A stretch of 64,000 nucleotides of DNA from Octopus sinensis (Eukaryota). Both the position numbers and the translations under genes were made by a program. Within the stretch, counting starts at the first letter, position 1. Every line of letters starts with the position of its first letter. Shown piece by piece: positions 1-14,098 of this stretch. The stretch lies in the NCBI RefSeq assembly GCF_006345805.1, contig NC_043001.1, forward strand, positions 97,030,001-97,094,000, written 5' to 3'. A model generated the notes under the pieces. It was not told the DNA's origin, did no database searches, and saw nothing but the letters and a program-made list of their open reading frames with translations.

Positions 1-237
1 CAGTGAAAACCTTGTATTCCTAACTGCATGATTTTATTTTATATTCCCGTCACTGAATTACCATCGCTCAGCATCTCTGGATTTTGAATTCCATGGACTC
101 TTTACTTTATGCTGCTTTCTAATTGAGAATTACCGAATACGTACCAGGAATTCACTGTGATAGCCGTGCGATTCTCTGATTCCATATCTATACGATTCAT
201 ATGTATATATATATATATATATATCAAAACAAAAAAT

Positions 238-366
238 CAAAACAACTCAATAGCGACAGAACCACTTAATGAGTGTCAAGAGAGACAATCTCTCGCAGAT
301 TGTGGCTATTGAGTTTGTTTTGGCCCTTATTTCTAGTAATACCGTGCTGCAGATTGGTATTACTAG
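238..366. repeat. Two adjacent hairpins (about 21-bp and 11-bp stems) at the edge of a dispersed repeat
   Basis: caaaacaactcaatagcgaca (238-258) pairs with tgtggctattgagtttgttttg (301-322); ctagtaatacc (333-343) pairs with ggtattactag (356-366). Confidence 0.8.
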
Positions 367-399
367 TAATGCTGAATAGCCCCATTTGTTTACTTTAGT

Positions 400-1090
400 G
401 ACGTCGCTACTCAGCCTTTGTCAAAGGTAAGATTTTACTTTTATATATAATTTCTACAACTTTCTGCCTAATATCATTATCTCTCTCTATCCCTCTATAA
501 TCCTCTATATTTCCTTTTTTCTCCTCCTTCTCTGCTGTCCCCGTTTGTCTTTGTTTCACTCTCTATTTTTCTTTCTCCTCACTTCCTTTACTTCGACCCC
601 ATCCTCTCTCTTGACCCCTTTCCCCTCAATCTGTTGTTCACTCGTGACTACAGGCCACTTTCCTTGACTCGCTGTCTCTTCTTGATGGCACATCACCTAT
701 CCGGACGTCATTTCACTCGCCTCTTGATATCTTTTTTCTCTTCTATTTAATCTATATACTTCCAAATTTTCTTCCAGGTGTTACCCATTACTCTTCGTTT
801 TGGCCTAACGGACCTAGGCTTCTGTCTTCCTCGATCACTTCCGTACATACACTCTGGTATCGTTTGTTCGTTCGAAGCCCTAACTCCCCACAAATTTAAT
901 ATTTTAAAAATTTCTGGATGCTGCTGTCTTATGAAGTCTTCATGTATTGTTAAAAGCACCAAACAGATAGTAATAAACAGTCGACAACTGAGGAAGAGTT
1001 AGCCTTCTTTTGGTATTTTATCCTGTACTTCTCTCTCGCTGTACGTTTATGTAATTTTCACTCATTGGTGATGTTCTGCATTTAATGTGT
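400..1090 (+). mobile_element. Probable Penelope-like 3' terminal remnant
   Basis: Pyrimidine-rich tail followed by eroded hammerhead-like words (cttatgaagtcttcatg at about 928, ctgaggaagag at about 988). Family assignment is inferred from resemblance only. Confidence 0.35.
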
Positions 1091-2079
1091 ATTTTTTTCA
1101 TTTTGATTAGGTATATATAGGTAGATAATGATAACTCTGAATTATGTTATTGCTTTCCAAGCTTATATAATATAGATAATTCAGATCCTTTTAGAAATAA
1201 TGCGACAATACATCCTTACATATAATTATTACTTTTGTATGTATTTTCCTGTGTGTATGTCAGCATGGATTCTTCATTTATAAACTCATCAGCAAGTCCT
1301 TTAAACTTACAAAGAGGCACAAATTAGGAATCTCAATAACTCGGGGACTGCTTTTACGCTACTTTGGTGCACCGCAAATTCAGACGATTCAATGGATCTT
1401 ATGACCATCAGAATACGAAACAAGGTATGCAACAGTGAATGTAGAAATATAGATCGCAAACAACCTGGATATTGAATAGAGAAGTCTGTTTGACCTATCC
1501 AGAAATATTGAATGACAGGAATAGAGAATAATTATTAGTTTTGGATTTTTTTAAACATTTATATATGATGCAGAAATAAAGTACTCTCCATATTGGCTTT
1601 AGATAATATACCGATGTGTAAGAATTTTGGCTTTTGATCAAATCCTGTTTGTACAAACGAAATTATTGTCAATTTCCTCATCTCGTGTCTGTTTTCTAAG
1701 AAGAAAATCTTCTTTCAAAATGTTTTACTTGTCAAACTCAATATCATAGACGGCAAAAAAAAAAAAGTTATTGTCATTGGAACACCGATCGAAATGCCGA
1801 AAAATATTGATGACTGAAATGGGGCAAAACTATTACGAAACATTGCTGCACTTCAACAATATCTGAAAACCTATCCAATGTAGTCGTGACTTGAACATGA
1901 TCTGAAGGTGATTTAGTCTGGACAAACCGAATGTATAGTTGCTCAAACTTTTATAGATGTAAAAGTTTGGGCAACTATACATTCGGATTATCGGGTGAAG
2001 TTTCGAGATGACAAATTCTTGCATTGCAAATAATATTGTACGCAAAGATAGCATTACCGATATTCTGTCATGTCGTATT

Positions 2080-2290
2080 CATATAAGTCTTTAAACCGTC
2101 GAATGTTACATATATACATATATACAAGACTTTTATTCTCTCTCTGTTTATTTTCACTTATTCCTTTCTGTTGAAGACCGTAGGCTCCAAGGGTGAAACA
2201 CTTTTTCATTTTCCAGAGTCTTAAACTAAGACACTTGATTATTGTTCATACACCTGTTTTCATCTTTTGTTTTTCTATAAAATTTCAGCT
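2080..2290 (+). mobile_element. Degenerate copy of the Penelope-like terminal repeat also seen at 12770-12900
   Basis: cctttctgttgaagaccgtaggctcc...acacctgttttcatcttttgtttttc matches the reverse complement of 12790-12896. Confidence 0.6.
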
Positions 2291-2311
2291 ATATATATAT
2301 GTATATATATG

Positions 2312-2374
<63 letters not shown>

Positions 2375-3179
2375 GTATATGTGTATGTGTGTGTGCGCGT
2401 GTGTGTGTGAAATCAGTTTGATTTAGACTCCTTGTCAATCTGCGGCTGAAGCGTATGCCCATTGGTGTTTGAATGAGAGTTCGATAGAAGTGAGTCAACG
2501 TTTACTGCTGGATGTTAGCTCATGATTGGTCGATAAAGGTCACGTGGTATAGCAATTGCATGTTAGTATTTCAGCGACAACAATTAGTTATAAAGTACCG
2601 CCTGTTGATCAGGAAATCGACCGCGTGATGGATAAGAAATCGGTCGTTTGTTTGGGGAAAGTAGGGAGCGCGGTAGATGTGGCGGCATACAAGGATATAT
2701 ATGTATATATATATATATATTATATATATATATATCTATATATATATATATATATATATATGCTCATTACATGTGTGTTTATGCATCCGTACTTATAGAA
2801 ATGTGCATGTGGGCGTAGATGTGCTTTCACCTAGCTGCGCACGCGCAGATACAAACACTCACATACTTACGGGCGTACGCACGCACGCTAAAATGTGCAC
2901 AAATATACATCGCACGTTCACACAAATATACACACAGGACATACACATACAGATGCGTGCAAAGCTTTATCTGAATACGAGCACATGCACACGGTAGCGC
3001 ACACACAAGTGTGCAAGTGTAGTATACATGCACACCCAAGGGTGCATATGTGTATAAGCGAGTCTGCACGAACTTTTGCATCTGCGCGCACATACATCCA
3101 TGCGTCTGCATAGAGTGAACAGGTACATATATGCAGTCACGCACATGTGCGCTTGCACATATACTCTTGTGGTTATGCA

Positions 3180-4430
3180 CAGGGGATGATGTACAAGGGG
3201 TGAGAGATTGCAGGCAGACAAGTATGCTAAAGTGTTGGGGATTTGTGATTTGCGGTAATGTTGATGTGGGTTAATTTTTGACGATGACGTTGTTCCAGGC
3301 GGCACTATGAGTGGATTGTAGTAAGGCGGCATATCCGAGCTGTCGGCGGCCAGTGGTATGAAATTTACTAGAAGGGTTTACCTCTGGTAACAGCAATACA
3401 ATATTTCATATTTCTTGTTGAACGATACTGCGGGTTAGTAGATGATATACAGTTTTGGTGGAAGTAAGGCTGGCTGTTAAGGAGGCCGGGTGAATATGGT
3501 GACGCGCTGTCGTTAGTTGGCCACTTAATGCCGTGTGTTTCGTCTCGGATGTCACAAAATCTTCAGAGAAAGCGCGACATGGAAGTGGAGTACTCTCTGT
3601 CTCTGCATATTAATGAATGCAAGTGCTGGAAATATCTTCCCTTGATTGGTTCTCATGCTCGTATAGTTCCTAGTAATGCCTTCATACGGTGTAAATGTGG
3701 GGGTGGGGGCTCTGTATACTACAACCCTTAAGAGGTAAGATCCACCTAGAATGCAAGTGCTAGGGTTTCGACAGTTGTAGGTTTGGTTTGAGGGATGTCT
3801 GTGTGCGTTTTTAGGTCTGTTGATGCGGGCAATGTTCGATGCGATGTTGTCTAAGCAGAATTAGTTTGCCATGGCATTATGAGGGTTGAAGAGTTTGCAA
3901 CACTTATGGCCTCTGGGGAAATGTTTACTTATCAACGACAGGAAGCACCTGGCTATTTTGGTAGAAACTTTTAGGTTACATGGGTGGATATACCAGATTA
4001 TTTTCCTTTTTCAAATTCTCTTGGTGGGATGAAAGGGGGGTTGGGGTTCGTCCACATACCTGGGTTTCTCACAAAATCCGGTTCTAGCGAAAGCATCATT
4101 GTAGTCGTGGGTGCGGCCTTATTAAAGATCTCCATGTTGGCTGAGAGTTTAGACACCCGTTTGCTAATAGCGAAACCAGGTTTCTAATTGCAACGCAAGG
4201 GGGTGAGCTGTTGTGGATATGCACCGTTTCTTCATTAGGCTTCCTGCGGGGCTAGTATTCGCCTGTGTTCAAGTCTAAGGTTACATCCCAGAAATCTACC
4301 GCAGATTCGTAGTCAACATGATGGACGGGCCGAATTCTTTGAATATTTTCATCACGTCTTTCCTGAACCTGGCCATTTACATATACATAAATGTCAACGG
4401 TGAGAACGAATGCTCAACATCGCATTGTTG
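3180..4430 (-). mobile_element. Degraded Penelope-like element: RT C-terminus/thumb and GIY-YIG endonuclease region, with many stops and frameshifts
   Basis: Manual minus-strand translation gives KDVMKIFKEFG, VDFWDVTLDLNTGEY*PRRKPNEETVHIH and CRNPSTCILGG..LLRVVVYRA, matching the Penelope FLDVTFDL/KPN and CNC..C.L.G.C..VVY.A motifs. Confidence 0.75.
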
Positions 4431-4649
4431 GATAAATATTCTTTAACTGGATATTAAGACGACCATAGTTTTCATGTTAAGAAAATGTCTTAAGAATTTT
4501 TCAAGCCGATTTCATGGAGATATTGATATTCATCTCCGTTTTGACCGAAAAATTGAGACGAACAACAATTTCCTAATGTGATTGGCTAGAAAAGTTTTAA
4601 AGATATTTTCTTCAGATAAAACCAATGGTTGACTTAATAAGCAAATATT

Positions 4650-4657
4650 ACACACAC

Positions 4658-4723
<66 letters not shown>

Positions 4724-4830
4724 AAACACACACATACATGCGTAGGTGCGTGTCTGCAGGTATACATATATATACATGTATATATATATATATGCACGTA
4801 TATATATATTTATATATATATATATATGTG
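4650..4830. repeat. (CA)n and (TA)n microsatellites
   Basis: Directly visible; source of the spurious ORFs 4530-5202. Confidence 0.95.
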
Positions 4831-5330
4831 TGTGTATATAAATGTATTTTTATTTTGTATTTGTTTTTAATTGTATTGTTTTTACGTCCTGTTTTTGTCA
4901 CATTTTCTTCCTTGTTTTTACCCCTCTGCAAAGGAATTTTATTTGATTCTTTCGCAGGAAGGATTAGTTCGACGAGAAGTGTTCTGTTCACACCTTCGAA
5001 ACACGCTGGAGTTGAACTAGGGACAGCTGATGAATGGGATTTTTCCTTGTGTAGTTGGCTTGTACTCTGTTTTTTCGTTGTTAAAAAAATGGTCCGTTCC
5101 ATGCTGTTTTTACTTTTTCGTTTCTCGTTGAGTTCTACGTCTATTTGTGGTGTCCTGTACACACGTATATATATTTATATATGCATGTATATATACATGT
5201 AGATGTCGGTACGTACATATATGTTTGTATGTATGCATATATTTTATTTTTTACACTATTGTATGACTGAGCGCCCTCGCGTCTATTCGATTCGATTCGT
5301 TTCGTTTCGTTTCTTCTTCTTCTCTAAGCT

Positions 5331-5392
<62 letters not shown>

Positions 5393-6554
5393 TGTATGTA
5401 TACATAAACATACACATATATCTATGGATACAAATGTCCTCCTAGGGTTTTGTTGGTATTCACGTTTTTGACATTCCCTTTATTATCCTCCACCACATCA
5501 TCATCATCATTACCATCATCGATATCGCCTTACCTATCAAAATCCTTATCGCCAACGCAAGCAGCTGCAGTATCATTGTCTTCTTCAATTCTAGCAGCCA
5601 CATCGTCAGAAACATAAGAAATATTATCTCCAGTTATACCATTTCTGTCTCAAGAATTAGCATCAACAGCAACTATTTACGTTGTTACCTTCACTTTTAT
5701 TATCAGTTTCACTATAATCATCCTCATCATCGCTTTTCACATGGAATATCAGCATCAGGAACACTGACCTTATCTGAGATAACCTAAATGATATTGGTAC
5801 TTTATAACGCCAAACGTTAACTATGCAGATATCTAACTGCATGATATATGATAAATTGCATTTCGTTTGAGTTTCTACATACCAAATGACAAGTGATTTG
5901 AACAGTTTTCGCTTTTTGAAATCAAGTCAAAACCGCTAATTGCATTTTAATTGCATCAACGGTGAGAAGATTAACGATTTGGTGACCATATTCAGTTACG
6001 TTTTCCTCTTACATCACTTTATTATGAATATGTTCCAATAAATGAAGTCTAGGTTCAGTAATTTAAAGGGTTAACTTCATTAACGTTAGTCATCCTACTT
6101 TGTTAGTAATTTTGCCAATAATATATATGATGCTGCACTATATTATTCTATAATATAATATGATGTGAGATTACATAATATGATATTATATAATTAAATA
6201 TAATTAAATATGATAGGGTATGAAATATATACCATGCTATTGGTTTATTGATTTCTAACTTTGGCACATGACCAAACATTTGGGTCAGGAAAGAGTGAAG
6301 TATAAATTGATCCAGCTGCTTCAATGGTACTTTCTTTATCGACTCTGCAATAATGAAAGAGAAATATGAAAGTGAGAACAGAGGGAGAAATTGCAACAGA
6401 GCTAAATGCGTTGTTTTATTTTCATATCTTTCCGTTGATTCGGCCTCGCCATGTATGTTATTTGATAGTAAATGAGGTAATAGGAGATACTATAATATGT
6501 TACGAGACAATGTGATAAGGTGATAAGGATACAAGACATGTCATACATAACAAT

Positions 6555-6728
6555 GATAATAGTAATGGTTTCAAAGTTTGGCACAAACCCAGCAATTTCG
6601 GGGGAGGCGGTAAATCGATTAAATCGACCCTCCAGTACTCAACTGGTACTTATTTTATCGGTCCCAAAAGGGTGAAATGCCGTTAATCGTTTAGACCGGC
6701 GTGCTAACGATCTGCCGACTCGACGCCT

Positions 6729-6730
<2 letters not shown>
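6555..6730 (-). mobile_element. tRNA-derived SINE, family S2 (octopus OK/OR-type), internally deleted
   Basis: Shares ggtacttattttatcgaccccgaaagg and ctggcagaatcgttagcacgccgg blocks with the copies at 45265-45460, 46320-46545 and 55831-56040. Confidence 0.7.
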
Positions 6731-6763
<33 letters not shown>

Positions 6764-6809
6764 TAGTAGTAGTAGTAGTAGTAGTAGTATGTACTAGTAG
6801 TAGAAGTAC

Positions 6810-7205
6810 CAAGCAGTGGCTCTCATGGCTGCTGATCTTAACTGATTAGGAGTGTTACCATGTATATTGTTTGGTCTTGGTATAAAAGATTGGCTTCAGT
6901 AAATATTCTGCACAATACCACAGATTGGCTTGTCAGTTGTTTGACCATAACCAATTCAGCATATCCCTTAGTGGCTGACGATATTTGCATCTCTAATCAC
7001 TAGCAGAAGTACTGGAGGAACATCATAGCCATGTGTTGAGAGGGATTCTTTGGGGTTTGAATTTTTCACTTCTGGAAACATAGGTGTTTCGTTCAACATC
7101 CTTAAACAACCCTTATTCAGGGACCTTTTGAGTGGGATGGGTTACTCGACCAGTAGAACATTCTAACTGGGCCCCACCTGCAAGGTCATGTGGTGTTTAT
7201 CTTGA
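6810..7205 (-). mobile_element. 3' part of a dispersed retroelement ending in a (TAC)n tail
   Basis: Abuts the (AGT)n run at 6730-6800. Recognised as a recurrent octopus repeat from memory; family not determined. Confidence 0.45.
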
Positions 7206-7689
7206 TTACTGTAATATATTTATATTATGTTCATAATAATGTTATATTTATATTGATATATTATTTAAATTTATATTTATATAATATTATATTTAGCTCC
7301 AACAAATGCCATGAGGTCTCAGTAACAGGGTGACGATCTCTCAAGGACATTATGGTTTGAAACATTTTGTTACCTTGTTATAGGGTATTTTCAGAATTAC
7401 TAAAATGCTAATAAAATATACAAGTTTCCTGTATTTTTCACTTATCTCATATCGAATCTATTTATGAGAATTCTGACTCTTATATTTACTGATCAATAAT
7501 GCTTAAACTTTTTTTTTGGCAATGACAACATACAGTTCTTGCTATAAGAATAAAATTTCTAAAAGAGATAGCAAAATATGAAGGACTTCTTTAGTCAAGT
7601 GGTATAACGACAGGCATGTTTGAAAATGATGTGGGTTCGTGATCCACAGGCAGCACTTGACATTTTCTATCGAAAGGGTTGCTTCAATA

Positions 7690-8025
7690 CACAAGTTAAA
7701 GGGTAAAGACCCTCTTCGGTCATGAATGACCATAGGAATACACCTAGAAAGCACAGGAACAAGTCCGAGCAAGGTTATGTATGAAAGACCAGTAGTCGTC
7801 CATGCATACCATCCTTCCATCTCCACACCATCGATTTTATTCAACAGAAAGGCAAAGGGGCCGATACAGCCTGGCAACAGTGACGTCGCAACTCATTTCA
7901 ACAGATGGATGAACTGGAGCAACGTGAAGTAAAGTGTCTTGTTCAAGAACGCAACACACTCTGGTCAGGGAATCCAGCTCACTACCTCATAATTGTGAGC
8001 CCAACGCTCTAACCACTGAGCCATG
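7690..8025 (-). mobile_element. tRNA-derived SINE, family S3
   Basis: Reverse-strand A/B-box head (ggctcagtggttagagcg...gagctggattccc); the gcaacgtgaaataaagtgtcttgctcaag block is shared with 26230-26520 and 21930-22070. Confidence 0.7.
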
Positions 8026-9265
8026 ATATATTTATGTGCTGCGAGATCCTGTTCGAAAATGAATCATTTAATGTTCTATCAAAAATCTATAATATCCTCT
8101 TATAATGTCAATAATTTATACATACGCTGAGTGAACTGGATAAACGTGAAATAACGTGTTTGACTAAAGAACGCAACGCATCGCCCATTCGTGAAGTCGA
8201 AACCATAATCGTACGGCTATGAATCCAACACCTTAACCACTAAGCCACGCGCTTACGCTTGGGCCTAATTCGTGATTTGCTGATTTGGATACTCCAAATC
8301 CAGTTCCGTAGGAGCTACCCGCAATAGTTCTGATATTATTTGTTAGTGATAGTTACGCATGATAATAAAAGAATGCAAATACGAATAAATATAATGGTTT
8401 GGAACGGAAGAAAAATTAGGCAAAACTATTAATTAGGCTGCCACGCCTTGGTAGCAGAAATAAGTTACCGGAATGAAAGATAGCGCTGTTATGCAAGAAG
8501 AAATTGCCAAAGATTTATATTAATGGATATATAGCTAATAAGGACGATGCCGTTGATACTGATCGTACAGAGTTGTATGTTTGAAAAAATTAATTCACGA
8601 AAGATAAATTAAAACAAAACTGGATTTAATTAGAATGAATGAAAATTAGAATTTACTTATAGAATTGGCAAATTTTCTTGGAGTTTATAATTCATTACAC
8701 TGTGTAGATGCAGAATTAATTAAATTGAGGATTTCTTTAAAAAATCCTCAATACAACCACACATCCACATCGCCACCAAAATGCCTACGCGTGCATACGT
8801 ACGTATGTACATATGAAGGTGTATGCATACATGCATACGCACGCAACACCATGCTCATGTGTGTATATATACAACCATATGTTTGTGTGTGAGTGTGTAT
8901 GTATGTATATGTGTATGTGTATGTATGTGCGTGTGTTTGTGCAATCCATTACCTACATTTGTCGCCATACCCACGGTTATCTTTGCAAATGTGTGTATTG
9001 GCCTGTACAAAGCTACACACGCAAGTATAGACAAACGCATCCATAGACATCTGTATGCTTGTGTACCTGATTATGTGTAACTGCGTTTATATGCCTACTT
9101 TTGTTAAACAGTCAGTATGTTAAAAATGCCAATATATTTAGAAGGAATTCAAAAGGTGAAATTATTCCCTGACTTTCCAATACATCTACGTTTGTTTTAT
9201 CTAGGTATTTTAATTATTTATCAGTTGCGTATCATGTGATTTTCAATGTGCACAATTTTTATTTG

Positions 9266-9455
9266 TTCTAGTCATTTGACTGTGGCCATGCTGGAGCACC
9301 GCCTTTAGTCGAGCAATTCGACCCCAGGACTTATTCTTCGTAAGCCTGGTACTTATTTTATCGGGCACGTTTGCCGAACCGCTAAGTTACGGGGACGTAA
9401 ACACACCAGTATCGTTTACTGAGCGATGTTGGGGGACAAACACAGACACAGACAC
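9266..9455 (-). mobile_element. SINE family S1, 3' half
   Basis: gtcatttgactgtggccatgctggagcaccgcc...gccgaaccgctaagttacggggacgtaaacac, the reverse complement of 31930-32100. Confidence 0.85.
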
Positions 9456-10404
9456 ACACACACACATACACACACTCACACACATACACACACACTCACG
9501 CACACACACACATATATGTAAATATAGTAATATATATTTTTATATATATAATATGTATATAAATAAATATATATATATACATAATGAACACACACATATA
9601 CTCACACACTCCCTCACATATGCATACATGTATGTATAAACATTTAGTTTGTTTATCATTTCACACGAAAGGAATTACACGGTAAATATATAAAGTAAAA
9701 TAGTATTCTAGTGGCTTCTGTGATTGCACTGCGGCATTCACATCTTCACCCAATCATATCGACCCTAGCACCTATCTCAGTCTGCTGCATATTATATCGA
9801 TCTCTTTTTAAAAGAAAGAGTAAATTTAATTTGAGCCAATACACAACTTTTTTTTCTCTTTGTGTGTGGATTTGTGTATGAATACTTACACTAAGCCACT
9901 TTCAAACAAATATAAATGTATGTAAGTGCGTGTATCTATGTATTTGCATCTATAATATGCGTCATCTTCTTTTCTCTCTGTCATAAGTCAATCACAAGGT
10001 TTTGGTTGGCTGGACTCCATACTAGAAGAGTTGTATCAAATGAACGTACCATAAGAATACGTCGAGGAGCACATCACTGCGAAAGTAAACTCCCCAACCA
10101 CGGGGCGATGCAGGTGGCCATGCAGACGTATTGCAGGACATTCGTGCTCGCTGATATAAGGCAGTATTTTTAGGGCTTGCTGATTGTGGAACGAAAATCA
10201 AAAAAAAAAAAAAGTGATTTTTGTAGAAACAGAGCTGAATGTAAGGCCGGGAGTTTAGTCGAAAATAATGGAGCCAGTTGCACACATCAATGTTTAAACA
10301 GCGTCTTCTGGATTTTTTTGTTCACTCTATAATAGACACAACGCTTGAATGTTTCAGTGAGAGTGCTAGTCTGTTATATCTGCCCGATTGCTTATGTTGT
10401 TGTT

Positions 10405-10700
10405 TGTTCCTCCCCGAGCCACGCCTGGCTCATAAGGCCTGTTTCCCGGTTTCCTTGGCGTATAGGCTCCCCACCTGGACCGAAGGCCTGTCCGTCGCAT
10501 GTGCGCTGCAAGATGCAGGAGGAAAGAATGAGAGAAAGTTGTGGCGAAAGAGTCAGCAGAAGTTCGCCATTACCTTCCGCCGGAGCCGCGTGGAGCTTTG
10601 GAGTTTCGCTCATAAACACACACATCGCCCGGCCTGAGATTCGAACCCGCGATCCCTCGACCGCGAGTCCGCTGCTATAACCACTAGTCTATGTGCTTCC
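10405..10700 (-). mobile_element. tRNA-derived SINE
   Basis: Reverse head tagtggttatagcagcggactcgcggtcgagggatcgcgggttcgaatctc contains A and B boxes; the body shares gcaggaggaaagaatgagagaaag with 54275-54300. Confidence 0.7.
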
Positions 10701-12640
10701 ACCTCTATTGCTTAACTGTCACGTATTTTATCAGCTCCGAAAAGATGAAAGGTATAGTTGTCCTCGGTGGCTTAATAAAGTGAAGCCAGAAAGAGATGCC
10801 ACGAAGCATTTAAACGATTCTGTGAGCTAACTGCTTTAGTCTTCTGGAATACCTGAGAACGAAATGATACAATAATTTCAGTTTATATTTTGCCAGCGTC
10901 ACAAGACAAGCATAAAATTGTGATACAGTTATCCACAGAATGTATAACATTTTCTTATTGATTTATTATTCAGCCATTTGACGACGCTTCTGGATAAAGT
11001 GATTCTAACTCAACAAGATCTTCAAGGCCTTCGTGACTTGTATGACTAACGTTGTTAACACTATCCTAAATTTTTTGCAAATCAATTACAGACAAGACAT
11101 GGGTAAATAAGGTCAACTTTGCTTTCTTCCTTTCGGGGTTGATAAAGAAGTATGAAAGCAGTGGGGGGGGGGTATACTGGGGGAGAATCTAGAACATCGG
11201 ACCGTATGTTCTTTCCAAGAAAGAAGAAAAAAAACTTGTAGAAGTGATTATTAAGATGAAATATAGGAAGAACATTCCTTTTGCCATGAACGGAAGTTAT
11301 CATATTATTGGAAATATGCATATTATTTTGGAATTTTTATATGGAAAACATCAATTCTATGGTGGAATGAACTAACAATCAAATCTTGTAAATCTGTGTT
11401 GTAGGTTGCTATGAGAATTTTTGAGCGAGAAATATTACTAGTGATACTGATCATATAGTCTCAGCATATAGGCACATAAACGGTTACTGAATCGTTAGTA
11501 AGAGTTCTTTGAGAATTAGTTACATTATGTTGCTACAAAGGAATGTTGGAAAAATGCAGCACATGAAGTATTTTATCTGATATACTTAATTTTCTTTGAA
11601 ATAGTTTAATACAGATAACATCTCGTTAAATTTTATGGTATTTCAAATGCCATATACACGCGTGGAAGGTTAATTTTCGACTGCAGCTGTTATTACATCG
11701 AGTGATATAATTTATTTAAATATAGTAAAGTTATGTTTGGGTTTACATTCGAAATGCTAGTAATGGCAATCAAATATCTGTGAGACTACTCTCCGCCGTG
11801 GGATGATATAGTTATACATAAAACGAATTAGACGGGTTGGTTTTCCATATTGACCTACGGCAAAACAATCATGACACAGGAAAAAACAAAAATATATTTG
11901 TCTGCTTAATATGCAATAAAAGATAGCTTAACCTACTGGATCAAACCACATCACTTGTGACAACGAATATAGTGTAGATCTGTATTAAACCAAATATATT
12001 GTTCTCAACTTCCTCGAAGTTTTTTTTTTTCCAAAAGTAACCAGAAATGTGGCATCGCTTATGTAAAAACATTTTACCAAATATCATTTAAGAACTTGAT
12101 GATATTCATTTCTACATTAGACATGTACATTCTTCTATAGGATAGTGTCGTCTCAATGTGTAGAGGAAAATAGGAAAATTTCACTCTTAAGATCATACAT
12201 GATCGACTATATCAGTTCTTGATGTTTACTATGAAAGAATCTTCGTGGATAATAACACTATTTGCATGTGCGTGATTTTATTAAGATACACTACATTACA
12301 AGGTAAGAAATGTGGCCTGTTACAGAAAGAAATTGCGGGGAGATGTAAATATGATCTAATGTCATATGCTTTTTTTCCCACATTTGGCTGGGTAATTTAT
12401 TTCACATTGCTCCAGTCCACTCACTGATAGATCCTCGGGTCTGTTGCAGTTTAATGCAGTAATATCAATGAGTCTAAACTATGACGAGAATTATATTCAC
12501 TACTAGCCTGCAATATCCGATTTCACATGCTGACTCGCAGGTCAGCTGTATCTCCTCATATAGTTTACACAATAATAATTAATGATATGCCAGTTTTGGT
12601 TGTATTATAAATCATATCCCATGACATGTCTATATATATA

Positions 12641-12733
<93 letters not shown>

Positions 12734-12769
12734 ATATATGTATGTATGTATGGGTATATATATGTAGAG

Positions 12770-13237
12770 AATCCCCCACCCCCCAAAAAACCAAAAGACG
12801 AAGACAGATGGTGTAGACAACAAACAGATGTATTAGTATAACGCTCGGGAAGTGAAAAGGCTTTAACGTTTCGAGCCTACGCTCTTCCACAGAAAGAAGC
12901 ACGGAAAGAAAGAAGGAGAGAATATAAAGAATGTGTAGTGGCTAGCGATCAATCATGGCGAATGCCGGACGGAAAGGTCACACAGGAGAGCTAGGGAGAA
13001 GGGGAGATAATAAAATTAGTGATCCCAAAATGAAAGTGTGCGTACGTTGTGTAAAAGAGAGTTCGTATGTGCGTGTTGAAAAGGGCTAGTGATCTTGGCG
13101 TATGCGCGTGTGTATATGTAGGTGTGAAAATGTGGGTCTGAGAAATTGTCATGTGTTGTGATATGATGTGGTGTGTCGTATGGTGGTGTAACGTGCAGTG
13201 CTCTTTGGTGTGGTGTGAAGGTGTTGGGAAGTAGGGT

Positions 13238-13240
<3 letters not shown>
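12770..13240 (-). mobile_element. Penelope-like 3' terminal fragment with a minimal hammerhead variant
   Basis: Minus strand CUUU-CUGUGGA-A-GAGC(GUAG)GCUC-GAA-ACGU-U-AAAG at 12861-12896; flanked by (TA)n. Confidence 0.6.
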
Positions 13241-13299
<59 letters not shown>

Positions 13300-13454
13300 A
13301 ATAGTAGTATTAGAAATAGTAAGTCCTTGGTAGAGTATCATATACATCGGAAAAAATCTTTATCGATCAATTAGTCGTTTACACTTAATAACTTATAGAA
13401 ATTTAATTATTAAAATGGTAAAAAAGGTCAGAGGGACCATTTTTAATCAATTTT

Positions 13455-13511
<57 letters not shown>

Positions 13512-13860
13512 ATATACGTATTGGGAATGTAGTCTATACCAAATAGATCGTGACCAACACAATATCCCAATCGAGAGAATTATACAGAGAGAATTCTGGA
13601 CGTTGATTGAGATAAACGAGGCTTATATACGGCAGGAATACAGAAAGGTTTAGATTATGGGAAATATCAATTTGAACAATAGGTATTTGCTACAATGAAA
13701 TATATATAGAATTATTGCATCGTAATCATTTCTCAGATTCAACCAAAATACATGGAAAATAAATAGCAGATACATGTTTTCGGCGAAGCAGTATACATTC
13801 TTGTTTATCATATGAACGCCTCTATATTAGTCTGTATGAAATACATACATATATATATGT

Positions 13861-13912
<52 letters not shown>

Positions 13913-14064
13913 TGTGTGTGTGTGTGTGTCTCTGTGTGTGTGTCTGTATTAATATAAGTCTATATGCGTGTATATACATATATGCTAAATATATATATAC
14001 ATATATATATATATATTTGTAGGTATCTAAATATTTTATTCTTGAAATTTGTGTGCGAATATAT

Positions 14065-14098
<34 letters not shown>

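Noticed and set aside
4530-5202. ORFs of 210 and 154 aa
   Set aside because: They are open only because (CA)n/(TA)n tracts lack stops; the same applies to most YI, CV and HT-rich ORFs in the track.
9990-10200. Tc1/mariner remnant (WPPASP-like word)
   Set aside because: A single weak motif, insufficient to call.
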